64,000 nt of DNA from Fimbriosthenelais zetlandica (Eukaryota): the NCBI GenBank assembly GCA_977030845.1, contig OZ365118.1, positions 17,422,001 to 17,486,000 of the forward strand, in the 5' to 3' direction. The notes under the pieces were generated by a model that did no database searches, was not told the DNA's origin, and worked only from the letters and a program-made list of their open reading frames with translations. The position numbers and the translations under genes are program-made. Positions 49,086 through 62,436 of the stretch are shown here, piece after piece; within the stretch, counting starts at the first letter, position 1, and each line of letters begins with the position of its first letter.

Positions 49086-51769
49086 CTAAACCCCTTATCC
49101 CACGCCATTTCCCACGGCTCTGGGCCCTGTATGATAAAGTTGTTGATCGAAGGTTTTTATCTATTCATTGCTTAAGCCCAGGCTTCAGAATGCAAGAGTT
49201 GCTAATTTAAAGGCTATCTGAAAAGGCCTTTATGATAATTAAGCCTATGGGACAGTATAGAGTATAAAGCCTGGGATAGGGCTGCCTCAGCACATAGGGT
49301 TGGACACCTATTGTAAACGGTAATGGATTAGGACCCTAGCCAGATTCAGCCAATTGTAAAGTTCGCTTGCCATGAGCTTGAAGGTTCCTTCCATTGAATG
49401 ATTGTCTTATAAACAAGCAATTGAGGCAGAAGCTTTATTAATGGAAATCATTAACCATCCCTGGGCAAGGGATTCAGCAGCAAGCTCCTATAGTAAATCG
49501 CCAAGTGATTTAGGATATTATGCCTGACGTAGCTGTTAACACATCCATAGTGGATGATAGCCTTAAACGCAGGGAAAGGCGGTATAGATCTGGGTGTGTC
49601 TTGTAGGCTGGGGAATCAATAAAACTAATCATACATTTAATACGACCGACTCGGGGCTCCTTCAAGGTGTGTCATCGCTGTCGCCTGAGGCCCGGTCCGC
49701 ATGTACACAAACATCAATGACATCATCAAAACTGGGGGAACACAGTATCACAAACACAGAGTCTGGCAACGGGATCTCCGACTGACGGAGACTACAATGT
49801 CTCATACTCTTTTATGTTATAACTTTGAAGACGTGTATATCGGCAATATTCTAATTTCTAATCATATCACAGTATATATAATATGCTCCAACCTTTTAGC
49901 AGTGTACTAGTTCAAAGGCTATAGTAAACCGAGAATATTATTGTCTTTGGAGTCTGGCCAACTAATTCACTGTTGACTGGGCAAAGTGTAGACACTCTTA
50001 AATATTAATAACCAACCAATTTTGTTTCCTAATGGCTTGGAAAAGCAGTTGAATGTTCATTTGATGGCTAGCCCTGAAGCATTTTAAGCTTTACATTACC
50101 AAATGCCTCTTCCTCCTACCCTCCACTCTCTCTCTTGGCTCAACCCAATTCAAAGACAATAAGGTTAATTATTTTCCTGCTCAATCTGTCAGGTGAAGTT
50201 GCATGTGGAGAAAATCAAGGCCTCATCGGAGGACATTGCTGATGGAGTTTTTTTTACTGAAGGGGAAACCATATGACTACTCCTAATGAAAACCCACCCA
50301 CTCTACACTCCATAACAAAGTGCGCTCACAACATCAAAGCATTGAGACTAGAGTAGAACTTGATATGGAGATAATAACCTTATTTGAGCCTCCTCTTTAC
50401 AAATATCAGCTTCATATTCTAATAAATAAATCGTGTGAAGGTAGAGTAGGCTATTGTCTGCAGTGTATTATCATTGCTGATTGCTTATAGAGAATATAGA
50501 GAGCCACACCCATGCTTCATTCCCCTCGTCCTTTTTTATTCTTCTTTTCTCTACCTGGCAGACAGACGGGGGATGAATGAGGTATGCCCCGGGGATAAAG
50601 ACGGCGCGGTAATAAAGAAATGATGTGAAATATTGATATCAATAGCGCCCTCTGCCATGGCCTCGGTTAACATCCACCATGCTCAATGCCTCCAGCAACT
50701 GAACCGACGTCGGAGAAAAGAAGCGAAGGCAAGAGGTGAACTAAGTTGTGTTCACTCACGGACCATTGGTGATTCTTGTCAGCCTAACCAAAATACCCTG
50801 CTTGCAAAATGATTTTTGTTAGTCCAATAGACTGTCTGAACTGAGGAGATTGGTGGGTGACGCGATTGCCCAGTCCATTGGGTTTTCATTGACATGCCAA
50901 ACGCCAGCTCACCAATCTCTTTGGTTAAGTAGGTCCGTACTTGCAGACTGGTTTTCGGAAATCTAAAACAAATATTTGAACCCCACCCCACACAAGACAA
51001 CAGGGGGACAGACCCAATTGAGTTGGTATATTGTGCTTATAGACTCATATAGGAATAATTATGAGTTTAATTAGAAATTTACCACAACAATACGACTGTT
51101 CCAAGGTAGGATGACAAGTTGAATCAACATTATACTTTGCTACTGACAACAAAGCCATGCCAAACATTCTAGCAGATTTGCGTATAGAACTAGATGGCTG
51201 GAGGGCTGAAAAAGTGGAGCATGATAAGTTATTGTGAGGAGAACCCATAGAGAAAGGGTACATTATCCGTCCCGTGGGGGCTGGAGGCCTCGTGATTTAA
51301 CATGGGAGGATATTACAGCGCCTCGTGCTGGCCTCGCAGCTGGCGAGCTCACTCGCCATCTCTTACCAGACATCATAGCCACGAGAAAGATCAAAGACAC
51401 TCCCTCTCCTTACTCTCCACCCAAACATAGCTCACGCCTGAGTGAAGATTACAGCCAGAGTTCAACAGTTATATTGTTAAGTGTAACATAAGAGGACTAA
51501 AAGAAGTATTTGACAGATGTGTATTATATGTACGTTTGCACACTCGCGATCTATATTGGGTGTGAACATAGGTTGTTAGCTATAAATAATGGTATATATA
51601 TGGTCTGATCTTTCACGAAAACAGGTGTGGCTTGTTTTAGGGTAGATTAGGGAGCAGCGGAAGTTCCTCAAGAAAGGCAGTTTTTTTTTCTTTCCTGGTA
51701 CATCTTGATCTTCTAAGAGCACGACGGCATATATACCGGTAGCAGGAAGGACATACTTGGTAGGAAGAG

Positions 51770-51960
51770 AAGAAAGGATTGGGTAACTGATGAACGGAAG
51801 GAAGGAGAAGAAAGGGAAGGGAAGGAGGAAAGAAAGGGAAGGAAGTAGGGAAGAAGGGAGGGAAGAAATGAAGGAAGGAAGGGAAGGGGAATTAGGAAGG
51901 AAAAGTATGGATTGAGACAGAATAGAATAGAAGGGAGAATTTGATGAAGAAAACTGAGGC
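51770..51960 (+). repeat. Degenerate (AAGG/AAGGG)n polypurine tract
   Basis: Read directly; it explains spurious ORF 51576..52028. Confidence 0.9.
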
Positions 51961-54900
51961 AGTGAAGTCAAGAGGGTTAAGATAGAGTAGCATGAATAAG
52001 CAAACCCCCTGTCAACCTTTCCTATCACACTCGCCTCCAGTCAGGAATTCAGGGGATGAAAACGGCCGTAAAACAGCCAGTATTGGTAGTGAAGCAAGTC
52101 CAAGTAAAGAAGGCTGACCCTCGAGTCTGGGGTCTATGGACAAGAGGCTAGGAGAGAGACAAGTAGATTATACGAGGCGCAGGGTTAGTAAGTACAAGCT
52201 TCCCTCCCGGAGAGATACCAACCAGAGCCGGGGGCCTCCAGCCGACATGCAAACTCATCAAATATTGATCAGCACGCCTTATCACCCCCCTCCATCTACA
52301 AATTGGTGGCGGTAGCAGTCACGCATGACCGAGTGATGATACGGGTCATGAACACCACTAATTCCTTGTCTTTCATCCATTATTCCAACCTAATCATAAA
52401 GATTCCACGCAACCAGCGACCTGCTTTGATTTAGTGAAGAACGAAAAGAATACTTCTGGTGGATTTACTTTTTTTTGCTTGGCTCAGGGATACAGAGGGG
52501 TGGTGGGTATAGGAGGGGGTGGAAGGCAGGAAGGAGGAAGAGGAGGAGGAGGGTGCTGAGGCAAGCTGAAATAGATAATGAAGGAGATCTAAACAGGATG
52601 GTCATAGACAGATCCACAGACTCCATCATCGCTACAATATACCGCCTCCGTCAAAGAAAACGCCCATCCATAACACTCAATGAAAACACCCTTGCCATAT
52701 TTAATGCGCTTATTCAGTAAACCGAGCAAAGTGAAAGAGTTACCGAGAAGTTTCCATATAGCCTAACAATGAAATAGCCAGGCATTATAATATATGAGGG
52801 ACTTGATCATGGTTATTCATTGGCTCCTGGCTTTGAAATTCAACCGCCTTCTATAGAAGTTCCTCATGAAAAAGGGCAACAAGAGGAATCTTTGGACCCG
52901 GAGAACATTTTTTCAAAGAGGAAGCATCAAACATGTACAAGTCAATCAGCAGGTAATCAATGGTGAAGGTAACTGTAGCTAGGGGGACAATATTGCCTGT
53001 TGAACCCCTACTGCTAGGATGACGTGCCTTCATTTACATATAGAGCGGTCGGCCAATCGATGGGGGTACTTCTCAATCCAATTCCTCTCATTTTGCTTCA
53101 CCTGCCACCATCTTGTTTATTCTACATCAGCATTAGAAGGCCTGGCCAGGAGCCGGCGGCGCTAAGCATCCAATGTAGCATGCTGCGGACTGCTGGAAAC
53201 ATCTCAAATGCTCGTTTTGCAGGCAGAAGGAGAAATTCGACAAAGGGGGGTAGATTTTAAATAGTCTACTGTGGCTTGGGGCTGGGACACGAGGCAGACA
53301 GGTAGCGTAATGGGAAAGGAAGGTGCAGGAAGCTTAACATGGGACTCAATTAACTGTAAAAAAAAATCTAAAAATCATTGGGAGTGTTCCAGGGGGGTGG
53401 TAGCGACCATCAACACCCCCTTTGGATGGGTTTCTAAATGTGGCCCACTAACATGTCGTCCTCCTCCAGCCTGTCTTCAGACATCTCATACAGTCTAATC
53501 ACAGCTGTATGTTCTTGTAGTCAGATTGATTTACGCCGCCGACTCCCGCCCCGTTCGAGTCAGTACATATTTCTCCTTGCATGTTTTTATCTCTTCCACT
53601 AAAGCCTGCCGGCATTTTTTTCCAAGTTTCAAATCCATCAAAGCGGGCTTGTAGAGGTATGCCATTGTTGTTTGCCAGGTTGAACTTGAAGTGCGCGGCA
53701 ACAATAGAGTGCACTTTGCATGTCAGAGCTAGCACGCCTATATCAAGCCCGCCTCCTCACATGATACTCCTCTATTCCATGCCTCGGTGAAAAAGTGTTT
53801 TCATCCCAATCCCACTGCTCCATTATAGTAAAAGCATGGATGTACCCCTCTCATGATGTGGGCTGGAATAGGCGAGTAAAAAACAATCCCTATCCAAACA
53901 CAGCCGCCATTAAAATGTCATAAGGAGAATAAAAACATATACTGGGCGGTATTTATAGGGCAGTGGGAGGCGGCTGCGGGCTCCAGTGCTATTGGGAATC
54001 GGAGGGAGTCATAACCTGCCAAATGTGGCTGTACCAAGGCGGAGGTCAGGCTATATGACAGGGGAAGGTTTAATGTTTCAACCTCAACTTAAAGGCCTCA
54101 TCCACTGGCGCCATTCAACTTGCGACATATGTAAGACAAAGCAAATGTAACCAGTGAAAGACATTTTAGGCTTCTAACAACTTCAGCTGCAATTTAGAAA
54201 CTTATTGTTTCATGATATACTTGTGAAAGTATTGTATATCGTCGGAGTGTCGTACCAATGGATACTGGGTTTAAGACTGTTGTGGAAAGTTCCAGCACGA
54301 TATACCATGGAGTCAGACAGTCTGTCTCCCCATCACTCTCTTCCTCCTTCACCTTGCTTCCATGTCCATAGTAAAGGTCAATTCCTTCTGAAAGCTTCAT
54401 TAAAATTTCATTTCCTACAAGTTTGTATCAATGGAAAGAGTTTAAGACCAGATATTTGGTTTATTAAGCCGCTTGAAAAAGCTTTTCATATCTCAGATCA
54501 ATCCGCTGATGAAAAAAGGTGTTTTTTTCTCTTGGCAGCGGGACACAAAGGGTGCGAATGATTTGAGTGATTATACAGTTGTTCCTTGACGTGCATCCTG
54601 CGAGGCAAACAAGCACATTTGTATACCTGCAACAAGTCTGAACCCCGAGGCAGTGGCTTAGACCATGACTGAACAAAATAACTATAGCTCACAGAAATTG
54701 GCAACAGTCGTATATGCCGTAAGCGCAACTGAAGCAGGGGCTTGCTATTTGTGGCTGATGGGTTAGTTTTGCTTCATTTTCTCCCAAAAGAGTAACTGCA
54801 CTAGCAGGGGTTTGCTGTTTGTGAGGTGTACTTATAATTGTGTCCACCTGTGAGTGGTGTGGTAGATATGGCCTTAGAAAAGTCAGCCACAACAAAATCC

Positions 54901-57409
54901 GAACACTCGCAAGTCAAAAGGACCCACATTAGTGAATTTCGATGTTAAGACTTGCAGGAGTAACTGCAAATTAGATACACCCTGCTATGGTTTTTGTTTG
55001 AGACGTTGCATGCACCGCTTGGTCAGAGCTGAGATGACACTTACCATCCAGGCTCGGCTAATATGAGTGTCCAGCTCACTGTGATCTGACCTTCAATCTG
55101 ATCACTGATTACCTGATAATTCATGTGTCCTGGTCTTCTCCCTGTCACATGGAAGCACTTGTGGCTATAGGGCAGATACATGACACTGTCTAATATGTTA
55201 TCCTATACCACACCATATAACATGAAAATTTAACTATGGTCTAGTGCCTTAAGAAGCATCGAGTTGAATAATTGAGTTATCCCTATAGGGGTGGCTCCAC
55301 TGCGAGTGTTTGATTTTCTTGCAGCTAGCCCTGAGTGACTTTTCTATGGCCTCAAGTGCCATATGTGACACACCAGTCACAAAGAGCAAGCCCCTGCTAG
55401 AGCGGTTACCCTTGCGGCAGGAAATCCAGTGGAGCTACCCCATTAAAGTGTCCCTAGTTCGTCTATGGGTTTTCTTGAACACATCAGAAAATTAATGACC
55501 TATACATTCATGATAACCTAATGGATGCTATCATAAATGTCATGAAATCTAAATACATGTATGCATGTCAGAATGGATTGAATGATAAGGTAAATGATGT
55601 CCATTTACACGCTACACGCTAGGTGAGACCACAGACACAATTAACCCGAGCAATGGTCGAGTAAATTATTATCACGGGCTACTATTCCATACCAGGGGAG
55701 ACATTTACAATAGCCGAGGGGAGGTCTAAATTGCCGCGTGGGAGAACGGCTATTTGCAAGGGAATATTAAGTGTTATCTCGACAGGGGAGGAACGCTACA
55801 AACGTCACCATGTTTCCATTATCATTCCTGAACGCTGATAAATTAATGGATGTAATGCAACTATGGTACACCTGATACCGTGGAATGTGCTCTATAAAAC
55901 ATGAGTCGGCAACTTATGACTTGCCAATGGCCATTGGCTATATCAAAGGAATCATGTTATTTATCCCTACAGGAAACCTTTGGTTATTACCCATAGGAGT
56001 GTCTCGAGTTACTATGTGAAAACCTAGCTTCTACCTCAGAGGAGTGGGAGAGAATGGTGGTATACCGCAAGGGAAATGAATATGATACTTTAGGGGCTAA
56101 TACCGTATATGCCTGTATGATGACTCGGGCAATAATGGTTTATGGATGGGTCCGGATCATTATGGCTTATTGAATTAGAACAAATTTGGGAGGACCCCCA
56201 ACGCCTGCAGTTAAATATACTGGGTGCTGTAATAGGAAAGATACGGTACCCGATATTAACAAATAACTGATCTGCATCATTTCCTTAAATGGCGGCTCGA
56301 AGCTTTCAATGGCGGTATGTATAAACAGTATAAAAGGCCAGCGAAGGCCCGGGTTAGGAGAACCCCTGGAGTCTTGCTCTAGGTAGGTATTAAATATTGA
56401 AGGTTTTGATTTCACATGTGGCCAGCGGAGCTTTCAGCAAGCCAGCATAACATGTAAGGGAGGCCTGGTTACGGGCAGGCTACATACTGCTAGGTACTAA
56501 TGAAGCTAAGGCTCCACGGGGCCTGGCTTATTCAAAAGATCCCTTCTCATAGGGGGCTCTGTTCTAATATCTAATTGCTTTTTCGGTTGTTCTCAGAGGA
56601 TAATTACATTATCATGGGAAGGAAGAGTAAATAATGCAAGAAAGGGTAAATTGTGAATCGCATGTTGCTGTAAATTCCTAAGGAAGCCATGCAGGGGGAT
56701 TTGAGGTTAAATTTAAAGGCTATTTCACGTAAGTTCGTCTTTTAAAGTATGAGTTTATATGAAAAGTATCATCAGGAAGACAGGGCCATTCAAAGAGTAG
56801 CTATCTGGTCTGAACGGTACCAAAATAGTGGACGAAAGAAAAAAAGTAATTGATAAAAATAGGGGAATTCATAAGATAATTATGGTCATATAATATGTTG
56901 ATTTCCTAAACAGGTTTGGGACCAAGTAATATGACAAGAAATCTTGGAATACCAAACTCTGAATACAAGTATCTAATAGGCACACTGATCTCTTTGTACC
57001 AGGAAAGCAGTACACGGGTGCATAGTGACAACCCAGCAATACTGTTGGTATTGCACTGCACTCTGCACAATTGAATTGGAGGAAGTACGAGGGGACATAT
57101 GCTCAATATGGTAGGCAACTATTCTGAGGCATTCCCCTTCATAGATGTCTAAAAAGTGGATCACTATATCACAGCAAGGTTTAGCATTGTGTATGGTGTA
57201 TTTTGTATGGTGTAGCAGCTGGGTTATGTATGCTACATCAACTCTGAGATCTCTTTATTTTGTTAGTATAGATATTTAGACGGCTTGCATAGGACTTCTG
57301 GACCATCCTAGGAGGAGAAGGTCCACTGTTGGTATCATGGTTAATTGGGAAGTCTTGCTGAGGCCGAGACTGGAGGCTGAATATGTGATCTTAAGAAAGA
57401 GAAGGGGAG

Positions 57410-57454
57410 GGAGAACGAGAAAACACATGAGGGTGGAAGGGAGGGAGAGAGAGA

Positions 57455-57491
<37 letters not shown>

Positions 57492-57500
57492 AGAGGGGGA
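57410..57500 (+). repeat. Interrupted (GA)n microsatellite
   Basis: GA tract at about 57445-57485 within purine-rich flanks. Confidence 0.95.
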
Positions 57501-58785
57501 AGTGATACCTGTGTTCTGCCAACAAACATATCAGGCTCAACTCCGGGATCCAAACAACAGATTGACTTTGATTGATGAGGGTGGTGGATTAAATGGGCTT
57601 TTCTTTACCAGAGAACAAGTGGGTGGATATCACTAGACCAATATAGGGATATCAGACGTAGAACCTTTACACATAAAACAGAGTGGATTAACCACACTCA
57701 CCACTCACTGTCTGATGTATATTTGTACCTTATGATAATAGGGAGTAGCTGAGATATATATGATTTAATTAACCATACCATACATAGATCTATAGAATAT
57801 ACTGCATCAAAAACAGCGGGGAAAGGAAATGGTAATGACTGAAGCATCCATGGATCCCACTCAAGCTATGTTCATGTATAGTTAACCCTGAAAAAACTAC
57901 CCATTTTGATATACTACTTATGAGTTTTATATACCCAAAGCCTGAGAATGTCACTCATCTTTTCATATTACTCACAGAATAAATTGTGCTGACCAATACA
58001 ATATGTCGACACTTTGATTTAAACTGAGGGAATTTTGATTTAGGAAGAGATGGGGGATTAGATCTGTAGCATTTATAATGTGCTTTACTTGGTAAGACAA
58101 GATTACCAAGGGCAATGACTACCTGAGCTGAATAGCCATTTCCATATACTACTCACACTTTTTGCCATATTCTAATAACCATTTTCGACTACTACTTACT
58201 TCCATAGCCTCAATATATTGAGTTCTGGGGGCCATAATATATCAAAGTATACCGCCACAAATCACTGAAGACCCGGCCTTTGCTCCAGCAAAATATTTCC
58301 AGTCAAAACGGCGACTATTTTCGTTGCCACTTTTCCTATTGGCCCCTTCTCAAATACCATAATATCCATTAATATTTCCCCATTTCCCGGCAAACATTGA
58401 TGCTGTCAAAGCTGTAATTCCTCTCACATGAAGCCATCCGGGGGCAGCTTGGCAGCCATTAATTCACTAGAGGTGTGTTATAGGAGGCCTGCAAGCCGCC
58501 TGCTGCCAGGCCTCTCGTGGATTAGCAGCAGTCAGGAATGGGAGGCTAGTTTACGGGCAAACCGAGTTACAGACAAGTCGTTACGGAAGCTGGTTTATGC
58601 CATTAAACATGAGTCGGCGGCTCGCTTGGTTCTGCTGAGGCTGACCAGAAGTACATAATCTTATGCATGTATTATTCATGTGGCGAGCCGAGAGCATAAC
58701 CAGGGATGGACCAGAGCCAGTGAAAAGGCAGAGGTGTGAGAAGGTAGGTGACCTTACTGATTGCTGGCTCCCCCCTCCAAGCTAC

Positions 58786-58935
58786 CTTCTAATGCCGGCA
58801 GTTCCCAAAAGATCGCTCTGGTTTCAGCCAAACTTCTCCATGTACATACAAGCCCAGACAGCACTTGATGGAGGCCATATTTCAGCACAATCACATCAAC
58901 CAGTTGTGCCAGCAGTTTCCTCTCGGTATAGACAT
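58786..58935 (-). other. Candidate 150-nt exon (phase 1-1)
   Basis: Moderate acceptor gttgatatgcacag| and donor GAAG|GTAGCT. Reads xVYTERKLLAQLVDVIVLKYGLHQVLSGLVCTWRSLAETRAIFWELPALE; no family recognised. Confidence 0.17.
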
Positions 58936-61900
58936 CTGTGCATATCAACAGGCTCGCAAGTTGGTCTCACCAAAAATGGCGTATCTGTTGAAAGACGATT
59001 TGGGGGAATTTTCCCTATATGACTCTTGAAACATGGGCATATATTTCCAAGCAGGTATCTGAATTAACCTATTTTCTGTTGATATATATAAAAAACTGTC
59101 TCTCTATATTTATTCACCACAGGAGACATAGGACTCTCTGGTCCCATTACAAATGATATTAAGACTTATAGTCCTTATGGCTCCACTGTGCCATGAACAT
59201 TCATGTGCTCATAATGGTCAATATACAGGGGGTGAACCTTGTAACAGTGTATGGTCATATTATGACTCCGTCAAAGCCCAGTGGCGGCTATCATTGGACA
59301 CGCTGTCTGTAGTTTGAATGGAAGGCGGTCACCTCTGGCAGGCTTGTACTTTGTCTCTCTGGCCTGATCACAAACCAATATACTTCACTAATGGCCTAGC
59401 TCCAGCACACATTGGTCACAGGAAATCCGGGTCAGGACAAACCGACCTCCACCTTTCACCCTACTTCATTGGGTTCTCTCTGCCCTGCTCTCACTCACAC
59501 ACCAACACTGGGCTTACATAGATCACTATACAAGAGGCATGTATGCCCAGTCCTGGTCACCAAGTAAAGGCTGGCTTACAGATGCCTTCATTTATATATG
59601 AGGCTTGTTTTAGTTTAAGTGAGGATATGATGTTGAACTGTGACCGATTTTAGATCACTTGCCAATGAAAATCAACAACCTGTATATGATAATTTCAGGA
59701 CCATAGGCACTTCTAAAGTGTATGTGCATTATATGTAAAAAGCCCTTTTATCACCTCCAAATATGAAGGAACTTGCCCACGAACAACTTTTCATTTTCTT
59801 CGCCATCTTCTGTATACCATCCTTTGAGGGTCAGTGATGCGTGATACCCCAGCATTCAGCCTGTTTGCGGCCTTTATTAATACTTTGCCCTACTGTCAAT
59901 ATATGCAATACGGATGACAAACACACCCTCTCCCCCTGCGTACATGGCCCTGTTTCCTTCCACCTCTTACCTTACCATAAATTTGATTCTAATATAAAGG
60001 CAGTCTCAAGGCCACGTACCATTTCAGTGGCATGTGGGTCTCCAGCTCCCTCGGCCTATTACATGCTGCCTGTCTGAATGGTCAGGTATTGGTGGTGGTC
60101 AGCCCCCGGGACTAGCCGTATGTCAGGGTGAGATGGTCACTCTGGGAACGACTCCAATAATTGGCTTTACCCGGACCACATACATCCAGTCAGGATCTTC
60201 ACAAAAGCCGGAGAAAAAAGTTGGCCAACATGGAAGTGGTGGTTGGTTGGGGAAGTTAGTGTACGCGGGAAGAAAACATGGGATGGGGTCTGTATGAACA
60301 GAGGGGGTAAAACAAGGGGGAAGGGGTAAAAATAAGGGGGGGGGGACTGAGGAGGAATGTGTGATAGAGTGAAGAGAAGCATCGAGCAAGTGAGTAGTGA
60401 CAACCGCTGGTTTTAATAGAGATAAAAGATGCACTTTTAGTTAACGCTTTCTTCCCATGATCCGACTCCTTCAGTGTCTTTTTCTGCCTGGTTTCCTCTT
60501 AGCATTGTCTTACCACATAAACCCAAAGCAGCACCAAGGGAGCCGTCCCTACAACAAGAATGAGTGTACTAAGGATTGAGTGCTGACCTAGAATCAAGGT
60601 CCAGTAAAGAGATAAGCCCATTGGGATAGAGGGATAAATGGGATATACAGAATCGAACCAGTGCAATGACCCGGGCTTTATCTTCCATATGGGGAGTCAT
60701 ATAGCTGTGTTGGTTGGGGGGCCATGCATTACATACATATAGCTAGGTGACCTCAAAAGTGTCCTTGTGTGCCTAATACTGTAAAACCTCCTGAACAATA
60801 AGATGGATTATCTTCAGGTAGTTTTAGACAATGATGATTTAATACATGGATGGATTAATATGTAAAGAAAAGCTCATTTCAGATTAATTTACGTTAGGTG
60901 ATTGGGGGACTTTGTGCTATGAAATACAATGTGGATTCATCCCCCGGAAGGCTTAAGATGAAAAGTTCACAGTAGAGGATAGAGAGGATGTTTCATAAGG
61001 TTTCATTAAAATTCCAACATTGAAGCATAAAACAGCGAGGACGGACATAATGAACATGGAGCTTAATGTAAAGGTTTAGGGGGATTTTTCTTGAGATGTT
61101 TTCTGTGTTGAACTTTAGCTGATTTGTAAAGGCTGCGAGGTACTAAGCACGCCTTCTTGAGTTAAAACTCATGCTCACTCTATCGCCCGATCCCCAGCAT
61201 AAATCACTGGAGTGAGTTACTTGGGAGGATGGTTGACTTCTGACCTTTTCCTCTAGCCTCATAATGGGGCCATACATTAAACATTTATGACAATGAATTA
61301 TGCCTTGAATTAATGCAAGCAACTGATTTATAATGCTGCAATAATTGACCGAGTGCTTTCCCCCAGCTTAGGGCTGGCCTTTCTTGTGACTACCTCTTAA
61401 CCATTACCCATATTTGTCCGTTCCGGTTTTATAACCACTCTGTTTTGTATTAAGTACTTGCCTTGTCCCATTCCCATCCCATCCTCAAATTATTTTATGA
61501 ATCTTTTCCCCATAGCTATGTCTTTTTTATGAATGTCCACATGCTCAATACGTTTAATTTCTCATGTGAATTCACTAACCTCCTCAGGCCTCCTTAAAGA
61601 ATTCACGTTTTTCAGTTACTAATCCAATCCTCATTACAGGAATGCCATCCAATTTAGTACATGCTTTCCTCAAAAATTCATTTCAATAATCATTCATTAC
61701 TCGACTTGTTGAACAGACAATCACTGGCCTCGATTTCTTTGGTTCCGTTCTGCCAACAACATATACCTTGCTTGTAAGCAATTAGAAATGTGTTTTAACA
61801 ATTATTCCATCTTTGGAATTTGAACAGACCATAATCATTGGCCTTGTTTTTTTGCTCTGCCAACAACACGCGTACAGGGGTATGTATTAGGCATGTGTTG

Positions 61901-62419
61901 GGCGTGTAGAGACAGTTCTGCCTGTAGGGCGTGTATGGTAGAGCCGTGGAGGCGGGTGGGGGGGAGGGGGGTGAGGAGGGGGGGGGGGTGAGGACGGTGG
62001 TTTGAGGTAAGGTCTTGGGTTGACGGTGGACATGGCGTGTGGGATGAAGGAGGTGAGCGGACGTGGTGGAGGCAGGGTGTTTGATGTATAATCCATCACC
62101 TGGTCCAGCACAAGGTTCAGGTTCAGGTAGCCGGTAAAACACACGTCTACACTATACCGCTCATTTCCTCCCTCACCACTGCTTTTTCTCTAGCTTATAC
62201 ACCAGACTTTGAACCTCTATAGAGGAGAGCTCGGGACTTGCTTATAGAAATGTAGTGAGTCTATGCAAGAAACGCTGTGCTAATGTGTCTATCATAGAAT
62301 TATATAGAATTCGTACATTGAATTGGGGGTTTCTATTGACTATTGCTTTTGAAAACGGTGGATTATATTGACCCTAATTCACTAAAGTATCACAAGCGTA
62401 TCTCATTTTGTCCGGCTCA

Positions 62420-62436
62420 TCGCCACTAGATGACAA
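62420..62436 (+). promoter_or_regulatory. CTCF-like motif
   Basis: TCGCCACTAGATGACAA, 16/17 identical to the site at 29462. Confidence 0.35.

Noticed and set aside
45760-51309. Shared GCCTCGTGATTTAA 14-mer at 45760 and 51287
   Set aside because: Several exact 14-mer pairs are expected in a 64-kb self-comparison, and the similarity extends only a few more bases.
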